From Octopus bimaculoides (taxonomy: Eukaryota): a stretch of DNA of 64,000 bases. The position numbers and the translations under genes are program-made. Below the pieces are notes generated by a model that saw only the letters and a list, made by a program, of their open reading frames with translations, had not been told where the DNA came from and did no database searches. This document shows, one piece after another, positions 1-12,850 of the stretch. The stretch lies in contig NC_068987.1 of NCBI RefSeq assembly GCF_001194135.2, positions 32,157,309 to 32,221,308 on the forward strand, written 5' to 3'. Position 1 is the stretch's first letter, and each line of letters starts with the position of its first letter.

Positions 1-271
1 TATAAATGCAATGCATGCGTATTATATTGGCAAATTGGCTGTCTTGAGTTCAAATCCCACTGAAGAAGTAATGTTTGCCTTGATAGAGCATTGAATAAGA
101 TTCCTTGTAGTATCTGTTCTGGGCATTGTGAGTTCAAATTCTGCCACATGTTATTATAGCCATATTGGGGACTGTTAGGAATTGATTCACAAATATCAAC
201 AACAGACAAAAACCTGCAGCGACAGTTTTCTTAGTTGAAGCAGAAGATTGACTACCACTGCGTCATATATA

Positions 272-312
<41 letters not shown>

Positions 313-433
313 TGTATGTGTATATATCTACAAACATGTATATATGGATGTTAAATGATGATGATGTATGCTTATTTGTCCCTTTGTCTATACTAAGGGA
401 CAAATACTTTCTCATACTTAGAAATTCGTGTAT

Positions 434-479
<46 letters not shown>

Positions 480-2577
480 TCTCGTTGTCTCTCTCTCTTA
501 CTCACTGATATCCTACATTTTTTTCAGGCATACATATATGCAAACATATACTACCTTTTCCATGCATATTTGCTCATACCTCAACACACCTAAATACACT
601 TCCCTCAGAAATGAAAAATTATCTTTAGTGCTGTGATTTTTGCTTTCTTGGTTTGTGAAGCAAGAAGTATCACTGGAAAAATAAGCTTGCATACAACCCA
701 GTTCTTCTCTCTCTCTCTCTCCATCTGTTCTACACTATTTCAGATATTTCACACAAAACTGTCTGTCTGTCTCCTCTTCTTCAACTCTTCCCTAATCTAG
801 CACATCCATGTTTTATCTCATGTCATGGGTTGGGACAGGATAATAATTGATCAATACTCCTTTCAGCTTTATTAATTTTGTTTTCTCTTCAGTGTCCAAT
901 TTATAGTTTCTTACACTACTCATGAATGCTGGAGTACATAACGTTCCAATTTACTATTTTAATTAAATTCTCTTGTAGATACTGCTGGGGTTATTTTAGA
1001 ATATCAATGAACTACTTGTTAGATATGTGTAATATTAATAACTGTAATAAAAGAACAATGAAATAAAATTGATAGTGTGTGTGTGTCTGTATTGGAAAAA
1101 TAGCAATTATGACTTCTCAATGCTGTTGTAATTAAATTATTCCAATCAGGAACTCTATAGCATTGCACATGAAAAATATTTCAGTGTACAGCAGCATGTA
1201 CCTTCATTATTGTTTTAGTTTTTCTGTCATGCTGAATATGTTAACTTCTTGTAATGTTATTGAATGTTGAAATAGCTGAAACTACAGAGAGGTCAACAAC
1301 TTGGATGTTGGTGTGAAATTTTGTCTCTATAATCTTAGTTTAAATGTTGCTATGGTCAGTCATCTGCTGAAGTTGATATGATCTAATTTTGTATAAACTT
1401 CCAATGTATGTAAATCCTATTACATAATTAAGCTCCAGTTTAAAACAAAACAATATGAGTGCATGGTTTTCAGTACCAATCAATTGGCCTGTTGCTCTTT
1501 CCTTACCCAAATAATGTATTTATCATTTGATACCTTTGTATTCATTATTTGTCTAAAATAAGTCAACAGTGTTAATTTTTAGCTAGATCATAGAAAGCAC
1601 TATTATTTGATCACCCTAGAGTAAGGTTTAGTAAAGAATGCATCCTATAAGTACTAGTGAGCCAACTGACTTTTGTTAATTAGTTTTGTACAGTGTAATA
1701 AATTGATGTAAGTGAATGTTACCATTAGCAGAAACTAGTGTGAACATGAATCATCATACTACATGTCTTTTCTTCCATGTTGGCATGGATCAGGCAGGTC
1801 AGTTCCAACAGTAAACTGGCTACTTGATTATCTGACACATGTAACAGATAAAACCAGCTGTCTGTTGTGTATGTCGTGGTTTGTTTTTTTCTTTTGGGTT
1901 GGGGTCTATTCCTTTCAACAACCATTTTACTGCTGGACTGAGTGCTTTTTTTCACCATGTCACTGGCACTTCTGCTTGGAGGTACACTGACTGGATAAGG
2001 TGTTCTTCAGGGTGTATATTATTCTGGGTGTACTGTATGAATATTACCCACCTAACATGGTAAATTTTCTTCAAAATTATTGTTTTTGAAATATCATTTG
2101 ACAGTGAACTGTTAGTGTCAGACAGTATGCCTTATAGTATCTGTTAGGGTCCTTTGCTCTCTGACAATGCCTGAGATGACACTAGTGCCAAGCAGTAGTC
2201 TTCTAAGGCAGGTAATAAGGGTTGGGATGGGGTTTTTCCTTTGGACAACATTGGTGGCATGGAGAAGGGAGACTTGCATGCATGACCAAGTGCCTGTCTT
2301 CCAGATAAAAAAAAAATATATATATATAATAACCTTGTCAAGAACTGCACATATAGATACACTTACATTGTCTCACTGATAGAATCCCTAGAGATGGTTT
2401 TAGATTAGTAAAAGGACAGCCATTGTATCAATATATCAACAAACCAATTCATCAAAGAGGACCATTTGATATTCACAAATACAGCTGATATGTATGAAGT
2501 TGATCATTTATGTCCCCTTGGAAAGGTTGAGAATAGTGTTTAAAGTTTTACTTTTAATTATTGCATATATATTTTAG

Positions 2578-2601
2578 AATATATCAAACGATGGAAGATT
2601 T
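2578..2601 (+). CDS. candidate 24-nt micro-exon, unknown gene
   Basis: T-rich acceptor ...atatattttag, AATATATCAAACGATGGAAGATTT, consensus donor GTAAGT; open in all three frames. No homology recognised. Confidence 0.3.
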
Positions 2602-3909
2602 GTAAGTTATATTTTGAGTGGATCAACAAAATAATTGCCTTCTACTAATGTATGTGATAGTCATCATCATTTAATATCAGCTTTCCTTACTGGCATACTG
2701 GTTGGACAGTTTAATAGGCTCTGATTGGTCATTAGATACATTCTTGCACCAATATTTCAGTTTCGGCATGATTTCTATAGCTGAATGCCTTTCCTAGTGC
2801 CAACCACTTTAAAGCATGTATTGAGTGCATTATTTTGTGGTTCCAGTACTGGTGGGGTCCCAAGATGAGAGAGCTAACCTGTTAGGGAAGGTGACAAGAG
2901 AAAGAGTGGTGCCTTAGTTGAGGTGCTGAGTGGTTAAGCTACATGTGATGGGATAAGTTTGTTATCAGAGTACAGGTGGAGAAACTTAAGACAATATTGC
3001 AGAGAATGGGATGGTAGAAAGAAAACAGTAATTGGGTGCACGAGTCACTTAAAAGGAAGGCAGTAGGATGAGTTGTGTAAGAGGAGATATAGAGCTACAC
3101 AAGCAGTAATTATGGGTGGATGGAATGATACTAGAAGGAGAAAGGTCATGGTGCCACAGAATCAAAGTAATACTCATGTCAGTGAATAGGAGAGAGAGAA
3201 TGGTGTCAGGATCATGACTGATAAAATGTAATTAACAATTAGGTTTCTGTTAGATGGTAGATACAGAAAGTGAAAATGTACCAATCAAATCTCTGAAAAT
3301 CCCTGATAGAAATAATAATAAATAGCTAATGTATCAGGAAACTTTCAAGAAAGAATTAAGAAATATAACTAGAAAATAGAAACCCAGAAAGACATCATCA
3401 TCATCATGTTAATGTCCATGTTTGCATGGGCCAGACAGAATTTTTTTTTTTTTTTTTTTTTTTTTCAACACTCATTTTGCCCTCCCTATCACTAGTCTTG
3501 TAACAAGATGATATTTCCCTGTAGTGAGACATGTTTTCATTGAAGATTGGAAACCATTGACATAGCTGCTATGATGGTGATGCTTATTTATATCTACAAT
3601 AAGGTCAAAACAAGAAAACAAACACTTACAATGGATTCCTTTCTGTTTCTATCTACCAAATCCACTAATAATGTTTTGGTCAGCCCATGGCTATACTAGA
3701 AAACACCTCAAGTTATCACACAGCCGGACTAAGACCTTAAGGCAATTCAGCATAACATAGAATCAAGTAGAACAGATCCAGAAAAAGTTATGAGACAGTT
3801 CTAACAGTAATTAAAAATCTAAGATTAATATGGGAATTTATGCAAGTTAAATCAATAATTAAGAAAAAAATAGGTGACCTTTATGTGTATCAGAATAATT
3901 TACCTTTAA

Positions 3910-4122
3910 CCCTCTAGCATTCAGATTGCTCTGTCAAATGTAATGCTTATTTATTCATTGTTTTGAATTAATTACCAATTATCTCATAGCTTTGGGATTT
4001 TGGTGATGTGATTGTATATTTTTAGAATGCATTGTAGAGTAGGTGTGAGAGGCTTGATCTGGCCAGTTTGAGTGTAAAACAGAATATTTGAGCTGGATAT
4101 GGTCAGTTTAAATGCTAATGGC
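3910..4122. mobile_element. piggyBac-type MITE
   Basis: TTAA|CCCTCTAGCATT...AATGCTAATGGC|TTAA. Confidence 0.8.
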
Positions 4123-4211
4123 TTAAAGAAATTAGAGGATGGTAAACATAGCTTTACATACTTGCAAATTTCTATTTAATAATGAGGATTTAGGTTATAT
4201 TCCTTGCTCAG

Positions 4212-4288
4212 ACAATAACAAGGTTAAAAAATCCTGTGAATTACATTAGTATGAGAGAAATGGCAATTAAAAAAGTTAACATTTTATG
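4212..4288 (+). CDS. candidate internal exon (TITRLKNPVNYISMREMAIKKVNIL), unknown gene
   Basis: Acceptor ttccttgctcag, donor ATG|GTGAGT; one open frame (phase 0 to phase 2). Confidence 0.4.
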
Positions 4289-5107
4289 GTGAGTAAATCA
4301 CCAGCAATTAATAATGTATATCTCCAATGGCTTAAAGAAGAGACAAGAATATTACAACAAGCTCTTGACAATACTGCAGTAACAATACTTAATTTGAAGA
4401 CAATTACCAGATGTGACAGGAAAAGACAAAGGAAACAGGATTCTTGTGAAAGAAATTTTGTTTTCTTATTTGGAAAATCGAAATAAATTAGGAATGGACA
4501 GAATATATGGATAAAGACATGGGAATAAGTTATTTTCTTGGAGTTTTGATTATACATTCAATACGGTGTCACTCTGAGGGTGAATAAAAATAAATCAACA
4601 TGGAATGATGTGACATCAGGAACCCCTTATGAGTTTGGCACCACTGCCTTGTAATATATATTGATGACAGCACAAAATGTTATCACAAACCTTTACCCTA
4701 GTTGATGATTCCACGTTTCCTTCATTGCAACTTATAAGACTATGATAAACTTCAAGGACTCTATACAACGTGCTAAATAAGAGTAATGTAAAGCTGTTAC
4801 CTTTCCATTCACACAAATGCAGACACCTCCATACAAGTGAATGAGGAAAAGAGGGTACACAAATATGAATGGATGTCTTTTATCTTTTACTTGTTTCAAT
4901 CATTAGACTGTGGCCTTCTGGGACACCACCTTGAAGAACTTTTTGTCAAATGAATTGACCCCAGTACTTATTTTTTAAAGCCTGCTGCTTATTCTATCAA
5001 TCTCTTGCCGAACCACTAAATTTCGGGGGATGTAAACACACCAACACTTGTTATCAAGTTGTGATGGGGGACAAACACAGACTCAAAAGTCACACAGTTA
5101 TTTATCT

Positions 5108-5335
5108 ATCATCATTTAAAATCCGTTTTCCCTGTTAGCATGGGTTGGATGGTTTGACAAGCTGACCAGATGAAGGGCTGTTCTAGCTCCATGTCTGTTT
5201 CGGCATGGTTCCTATGGCTGGATGTCCTTCCTGATGCCAACCACTTTACAGAGTGTACTGGGTGCTCTTGCACAGCACTGGTATGGGTGTTTTTACGTGG
5301 CACCAGCACTTATGAGCCTGCAAGATTAGGGATGC
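5108..5335 (-). mobile_element. RTE-type 3' tail repeat (also ~1750-2030, 2665-2870, 24695-24900)
   Basis: Recurrent catcatttaa...gcatgggttgga...ggatg(c/t)ccttcct(a/g)atgccaaccac block preceded by (CAT)n. Confidence 0.7.
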
Positions 5336-6492
5336 TTTTGTCTATATATGGCATGTTTCTTTCAGTTTCTGTCTACCAAATCCATTCACAAGGCTTTGGT
5401 TCACCTAAGGCTATAGTAAAAGACACTTGCCTAATGTGCCACACAGAGGGACTGAACCTTGGACAGTGTGAATAGGAAGCAAGCTCTTTACCACAGCCAC
5501 ACCTGCACCTGATAAAAAGTTTTAATTACTTAATGTATGGTAGGATCTCATCTGTATTAACTAACTTCAATTTGGCCTTGCTACATGAAAGAAATCCTGG
5601 GACCAAAGAGGTGGAAAGAATTTGTCAAACTTGAAAAAGACAAATCAGAGCAGTTATCTGAGAAATAATGCAAAATGGTAAATGAACATTGTGAAGAAGA
5701 TTTATGTTAGTTTATGTCCGAAATAGACCATAGGTCAGTGTTTCTTAATATGTGGGGCTGTGAGGATTGGAAAAGGTTGAACAAATTGCAATGAGATAGT
5801 TTTGAACAGTTTAATTTTGTTCAGAAGGAAGAAAGAATTATATGGAAGCAAAAGCAGATGTGGTTTGATGCACCACATACCAAACAAATCATGAGTCCCA
5901 TATAGAGGCTCCTAAAAATCTTGTACTGAAAAACTACATCATACACAATCTATTTTATTTTTGAAACTGAAAATAACCTAGAAATTGCTTCATTTAGGTG
6001 TACATCAAACTTTTCAAACTACTACCCATGAAACTCAAGACCACAGTATTTTTAAAGCGATTTCAGTTTTTTCACTTTCTAGATCCAATCGTATTTATAT
6101 GCATGCATATATTAATCGTATTTCACCCAAAACGTTCTTTGATAGCATTTTATCAAAGGTTAAAAAAAGAACGAAACATTTTTCTGGTCATGACGTTATC
6201 TCCCCTCTGTAGTCCAGATTCCAAACTGCCAAGGAATGTCTTGGAATAGGAAAAGGACTTTGTTTTGATGTCGGCTAGTGAAATAGTTACTGATATTTAT
6301 TTATTTCAGAATAATCTGCTATATACGAAGACAATCTCAGTACAAAGGGTAACTATAAAGTCATCCTTCCTTCCACGTCGCCTATTTTCCTTTTTTTTAC
6401 TTCAAATAACAAATGTCATTGTCTCTCTGAGCTTGCATTTTCGCTCTCTCTCTCTCCATCTATCTATCTATCTATTCGAACATTACTGAAAG

Positions 6493-6541
6493 ATGCCGGT
6501 TAAATGGAATCTGAACGACATAACCGAGAACAAAGTGGCAA
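6493..6541 (+). CDS. candidate first coding exon (MPVKWNLNDITENKVA), unknown gene
   Basis: ATG in a CpG-rich zone, open for 16 codons + 1 nt, then donor A|GTGAGT. Other frames are closed. Confidence 0.35.
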
Positions 6542-7625
6542 GTGAGTGCATGACATCAAATTTATTAGCTCAAAACCCTCCAGAGTCTACTTAACCTTTC
6601 ATTCTTGTTTTGGTGTTGATAGTGTAATTCTTTTACGACCAAATAATGTATAAAGGAGTTGGATTCAGACCATTATATTGATACATTATTACGTTACGTC
6701 TACAAAAGGATTGAAGACTGGCCGCATTATTGCAATAGTAAATAGCGTCATATTCAATCCATATCAGTTTCCTTATTTTGTTCTGGTGGTATTTGTATTC
6801 CTGATTGGGTTGGATGTGAGAGAATAGAGTCTATGCAGTATTTTGATATGCTAGAAATAATTGCTGTAAAAATAAAAATTTAAAAAAAGGGAAAGCGAAA
6901 AATGGCAAGATGGTCACCACTGTCTTTCATCTTACGTCTGTTCTATCGTCGTGAACCTAGAGTTAAAGAACGGGAGGCAGTTGATATTGTATACACAACA
7001 TACACGAATCATAAAGCAACAAACTTTACTAACAATGGGGAATGTGTAAAAGCATAAGGATTAACTTAACGAAACGAAATGAAAGTATTTACTTTCATTT
7101 TGAATAACCTAGGAAACAAATATATCTGACTGAACGAAACAAATATATCATTATTTAAAAGTCACATTAAATGGAGATATAATAATTTGAAAGGTTATCT
7201 TTGGTTTTTGTAAGTGGAAAAAAACCCATTTAGGTAACTTGGTATTCATTCGGAAACGTTAAAAATTTTTAGATGGTGTAATAATACAGGATAAGAGCCA
7301 ATAGAAATTTCTAAGCGATACTAACATTTAGTTTTCATTTCGTATTTTAAGAAAACATTTTTATACAATTGGGTAATCTTCCAGTTTAGGGAGGTAAAAA
7401 AAAAGTAAATAAAAATACAAGGGAAATAACTTAACGTCTTACTAGTATTATCCGTACTACTCTGAAATGTGTTTTTTTTTTTTTTAGCTGTTTATAAATA
7501 AATCACACGTGATTGAAGTTAACTGTTTATATATAAATCACACAAGTGATTGAATATTATAGTACCAGCTGCACAACAACTTATGGTAATCTTCCTGCAT
7601 AGGGAAATAACGGTCAAACTAAAGC

Positions 7626-8589
7626 NNNNNNNNNNNNNNNNNNNNNNNNNNNNNNNNNNNNNNNNNNNNNNNNNNNNNNNNNNNNNNNNNNNNNNNNNNN
7701 NNNNNNNNNNNNNNNNNNNNNNNNNNNNNNNNNNNNNNNNNNNNNNNNNNNNNNNNNNNNNNNNNNNNNNNNNNNNNNNNNNNNNNNNNNNNNNNNNNNN
7801 NNNNNNNNNNNNNNNNNNNNNNNNNNNNNNNNNNNNNNNNNNNNNNNNNNNNNNNNNNNNNNNNNNNNNNNNNNNNNNNNNNNNNNNNNNNNNNNNNNNN
7901 NNNNNNNNNNNNNNNNNNNNNNNNNNNNNNNNNNNNNNNNNNNNNNNNNNNNNNNNNNNNNNNNNNNNNNNNNNNNNNNNNNNNNNNNNNNNNNNNNNNN
8001 NNNNNNNNNNNNNNNNNNNNNNNNNNNNNNNNNNNNNNNNNNNNNNNNNNNNNNNNNNNNNNNNNNNNNNNNNNNNNNNNNNNNNNNNNNNNNNNNNNNN
8101 NNNNNNNNNNNNNNNNNNNNNNNNNNNNNNNNNNNNNNNNNNNNNNNNNNNNNNNNNNNNNNNNNNNNNNNNNNNNNNNNNNNNNNNNNNNNNNNNNNNN
8201 NNNNNNNNNNNNNNNNNNNNNNNNNNNNNNNNNNNNNNNNNNNNNNNNNNNNNNNNNNNNNNNNNNNNNNNNNNNNNNNNNNNNNNNNNNNNNNNNNNNN
8301 NNNNNNNNNNNNNNNNNNNNNNNNNNNNNNNNNNNNNNNNNNNNNNNNNNNNNNNNNNNNNNNNNNNNNNNNNNNNNNNNNNNNNNNNNNNNNNNNNNNN
8401 NNNNNNNNNNNNNNNNNNNNNNNNNNNNNNNNNNNNNNNNNNNNNNNNNNNNNNNNNNNNNNNNNNNNNNNNNNNNNNNNNNNNNNNNNNNNNNNNNNNN
8501 NNNNNNNNNNNNNNNNNNNNNNNNNNNNNNNNNNNNNNNNNNNNNNNNNNNNNNNNNNNNNNNNNNNNNNNNNNNNNNNNNNNNNNNNN
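7626..8589. other. assembly gap (others: 15434-15567, 27841-27850, 40193-40584, ~50006-50565, 53895-54681)
   Basis: Runs of N. Confidence 1.
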
Positions 8590-9603
8590 AAAGCGGGCTT
8601 ATCCCTTGGTTCTGTTCTCATAATTGTTTCGCTAATCCAGTAACAACAGTACAAAGTATGTAGCCCTTAGAATGGTTTTTTGTGTTTTTATTGAGAATAC
8701 CGAACTGTCTTACAAAGGATCTTGTGTTAGGAATTCCTAATAAGTTATGAATAACCAAATTGTGAAGTCAGTTATGTAATAACATGAAATTAATTACCCT
8801 ATAGTAAGAATTCAAATAAAGTAGCCCCGAAAAGGGCTTTAATACGTTCCGAGAGTATATAGATTTTAGGAGGAAATACTAATAAGGTATGTATACAAAA
8901 ATCATGAAACATGTTACGTAATATCAGGCTAATCAGATATGAGGTAATAACAATTCAAAGTAAATAACTTTTAAAAGGGCTTTTGTGCGTTCCCACAGAA
9001 TATTACCCTCAGCAGCGCTAGAGTGGTTATACTCGTGAATAAATCACTAACCGAAATAAGTGGATCTATTGTTTAGGAGAATACTATTTACTTGTTTAAG
9101 GGTTGTACTGGATAAATTGAGAAAATAACTAAAATAGTTCAATACTAAGAAATAAGCATACTGAAAATGAATGGGTTATTTCCAGGAGGGAATTGGTTAT
9201 TTCCCTTGGTAGCTTAAAAATTTTACTCCCACCGTTCACTCACGCCCAAATGTTATCCCTCCCGCCATTTACCCGAACATTTTTTCAAAATCAATTTATA
9301 CTTAAAACCTCCTCAGACACATAAGCAATTTGCGTGTGAAGTTTAAGAAAAATTGGTCAAGCCGTTTTAGTGCAAAACGCGGACATACCGATACACACAC
9401 ACATACACAAATATTTTTAGTTTTAATATGTAAGATATCACTTTCACCTCCTCTTGATAATATTAACTATCTTCTTAAGCAGGTAGTGCGGAATAATTAT
9501 TATTCAAAGCTATATCTATACTGATCAGAACTTTGAAACGGAGTAGTTACCAGTGAAAATGAAACTTTGAGTAAAAATTATACACACACATATTCATCTA
9601 TAC

Positions 9604-12554
9604 CAGTGTTTCCCAGACTTTTCGCACCAAATTGCAATATTGCCCACCTATCAGCCAAAAATTGCTCCATCGCCCATCTGTTTAAAAAATCTTGACACAA
9701 CTCTCCCTAACATTAAATCCCTTAGGAGAACCTTCCCTCGTATCATTTGACACACACACTATATTGTAAGTTCATTGCCTGGTTAGTGCTGTTTGGACTA
9801 AATATGTGGTTGTTTACAAATCCCTTATTGTAGGTTTAGTTTTGCCATTAGTGTGAATAAAATTCTAATGTTAACTCTGTATTATGCAGACAGATTAACT
9901 TTGGTAAACTTGCGCTTTCTTTTACACTGGTTTTATTTTCCCCAAATGAACTCTTGACCAGAACTACCGATGCAAAAATAATGATTGTATTGTAAAGGAA
10001 AAGAATACAACTTTTTAATAAGAACCATGTGTCTGGTGCGATGCAACTAGTGCAGATATATTTGATTTCAAACTTGTCAACTTTAGCCGCAAGTCTCCTT
10101 GTTGTGTTACATCCAGTTCAATTCTTTTATGGGAAAGTAAAGTTCCAACATGGCTAAAACCAGATTCAACTAAAACCAGATTCAAGCAAAAGTAATTTCA
10201 GATGTTTCCACAGATTGGGGTAGGAATTCAATATACTTTGATGGTACCCCAAACCTTTGCCATTATGGCGATATCACATTGTGGCGTCATTGTCATTTTG
10301 TAATTCTATCCATTCATCCTGAACATTGTCCTCGCATCAACTGCATCGACCTTAGACGGATTGCTATAAGAGTTTGGAATATTCAGCGCAATAACATCTT
10401 GAAATCGCTCCACCATGTTATTGTGCAATGATTGTAAATAGTTGCGATATGTAGTTAAATCCTCATCAATCAATTGATCTTTCAAAGGATCAAGTTGTGG
10501 AAATTGAGGGAATTAATGTTTTGAAATGTCTTATACAGCACCAATTTCGAAATGAAGTTAGTAACAAATGATTTACAATCAGTGAGAGTTTTCTGTTTCC
10601 TTGCAATAACTTATTCAAATCATTTAGTTTTGTGACTATATCACAAAGGTAAAAGATATCACACCTTGCAACCATCAATGAAGCGGATATTGGAGTATCT
10701 TCAAAGAAAGATATGGTTATATGGAATAGTTCAAGAAAGCATAAAACAGTTTCCTTTTGACAGCCACTGCACTTTGGTGTGGTATAAGAGTTTAGTATGG
10801 TCCTCATCATTTCTCAGACAGAGTTGAAGGAAAATTCGATCAGACAAAGGACTGGACTTCAATTTGTTCACAGTCTCATCAATCTACTGTCATCATTCAA
10901 TCTACTGTTCATATTTTTTGCCACTAAATACTGCCGGTGTGCCAAGCAATGAACAATTAGTACCTGGTGGGAAATTTCACACTTTAGGAGAGATGAAAAA
11001 CCTCTGTATTTTCCTATCATTGAAGGGGCTCCATCAGACACACAGGCAAGAATATTACTGAGTGGGATACTACATTCAAAAAGGAAAGACTTGAGAATGT
11101 AAAAAAAATAGTTGCACCTTTTGAATCAAGCAGCAATTTCTCTGTGAACAGCATTTCCTCACAAGGTCTTTGCTGAAATACCGGACATATACCATCATCA
11201 AACATTGATTGTCTACAACAGCTGACTCATCCACTTGTATAGAAAATTCAGAACGCTGGAGAATATTAATGAGCTGCTGTTTGACATCGTTGACCATTTC
11301 GTTGATGTGTCGAGAAATCGTGTTATTACTAATTGGGATTTTCATAATGTTATCGGGTTTTTCATGCATAACAGTTGACAAAACCTCTTTAATAACCAGG
11401 CAAAGTAATGTTTTTCCAGTTGTGTGAGACTTCTCAGACTTAGCAACAGGCAATGCAATGTTGTACGATGCAAACAACTCATCATTCTCCTGTTTACTAG
11501 TTTTCTGGAGTAGTGTGTTGAATGTTTGTGTTTGCTTTTTGAAAGAGGAGTTCAGTTGCAAAAAGTGTGATAACGGCTTGTCCTTCTTGTCAGAATGCTT
11601 TGCATCAAAGTGATACTTCAAGCGTGAAGGGTTCATTGCTTTGTTGGTCAATGTTTGATGGCAAAGAAGGCACATTGGTAACAGACAGTTCTGAGGAGAG
11701 GGAATAAATTCAAAAGATGAATAATCACTACTGTATTGTCGACAAATTTTCTTAACCGGAGGCATGCGTAAAGTGAAAATGTGAAAACGAATTTCTACAG
11801 ACGGCGTTAGAAAGGCAGTATGGTATTCCCAAAGAATAGTTGATATTGCAGAGTTAGGTGACACGTCTTTACTGGAGCAAATACAGATCTAGTTTGTTTG
11901 GCTGCCAGCATTTCAAAAATTAAAGTTTATTGAACATTTTAAGATTTGGCATATTAATATACCTTTCCAAGCTAAATTGCTGGAATTCTTCAACTTTTTC
12001 TAGAAAAATGTTTTTAAAAAGTTATAGAGGTTAGTATAGTCATTTGTTTATTTTCACCCAGTCAAGAAACACGATTTCAAAGCTGTCATTTTGTGCATGA
12101 CTGCACATTTTGTCAACATCCTGAAAATAGCACTTGTGTTTTGATATGAAATCATAGAATTATGCACAACATATAACCCCTCGTAACTTTTTTTTATTTT
12201 TTGGATTGTTCAGAAAATTTTTGCTAATTTGTTCTCTACACGCGGGACTTCATAGGATTATGCAAAAAAAGAAGAGAAACTGTAGTAGAGCGTGATTTAA
12301 GGCCTAGGCTTACTTTGCTGCTATTTTTAGCACATATGACAACCATCTCAATGACTGTGCCACAAAAACATTCAGTCGATAAACAAGTTCGCTATATTTT
12401 TAATACAAAGAGACGTCTCATGCGAGTAATCAAATCGATAAAAAGTGCATCCTTATTCTAGGTATGCCTAGATATAGGTAAATGCAGACTTAATTTCTGA
12501 AAATTGTTTGTCACCCACAAAATGTTCACATCACCCACCATTTGGGAAGCTATG
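9604..12554 (-). mobile_element. full-length degenerate hAT (Buster/Charlie, ZBED5/FAM200-like) DNA transposon
   Basis: Termini CAGTGTTTCCCA and TTTGGGAAGCTATG; exact 8-bp TSD ATCTATAC (9596-9603, 12555-12562). Minus-strand transposase with BED finger (CLLC...HFDAKH), catalytic VDES and C-terminal VESGFS; frameshifted (ORFs 11076-11864, 10490-10810). Confidence 0.95.
11900..12250. mobile_element. MITE fragment nested in the hAT element
   Basis: Shares the gatttcaaagctgtcattttgtgc segment with the 41050-41494 MITE family. Confidence 0.55.
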
Positions 12555-12850
12555 ATCTATACTGTGACAGAAAGTGGAAAGGAAGTGTTCATTTTTTTTT
12601 TATAACTGAAACTGTTTTTTCTACAAAACAAAGTTGAAAGTTACAAAAAACGGGTCAGTATCTTTGTGCCTGTACATGCATTTGTTGTTCAGTCATTTAA
12701 ACAAGTGATACCCTTGTCGCAATCAACATTAGCTTAGTCATTCTATTAGCTATCCTGCATAATTATAAGTACTGGAATTCCCGTAAGACAAAGTTATTTA
12801 GTGAAAGGTTTACACCACCAACATGTGTATTCACAGTTCACTCAAAGATA

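Larger units (their letters stand above)
5980..9550. promoter_or_regulatory. CpG-retaining promoter-like zone
   Basis: By eye, dozens of CpGs in 6.0-7.6 kb versus a handful per kb in 1-5.9 kb. Largely unique sequence with repeated GGGAAATAAC motifs and an E-box-containing duplicated 30-mer. Confidence 0.4.

Noticed and set aside
5985-6249. Two overlapping 75-83-aa plus-strand ORFs
   Set aside because: Non-ATG starts, no recognisable domain; more plausibly UTR or promoter sequence.
7550-8654. Long ORFs spanning N runs (also 15301-15630, 39891-40768, 49776-50634, 53823-54699)
   Set aside because: Open only because N codons contain no stops.
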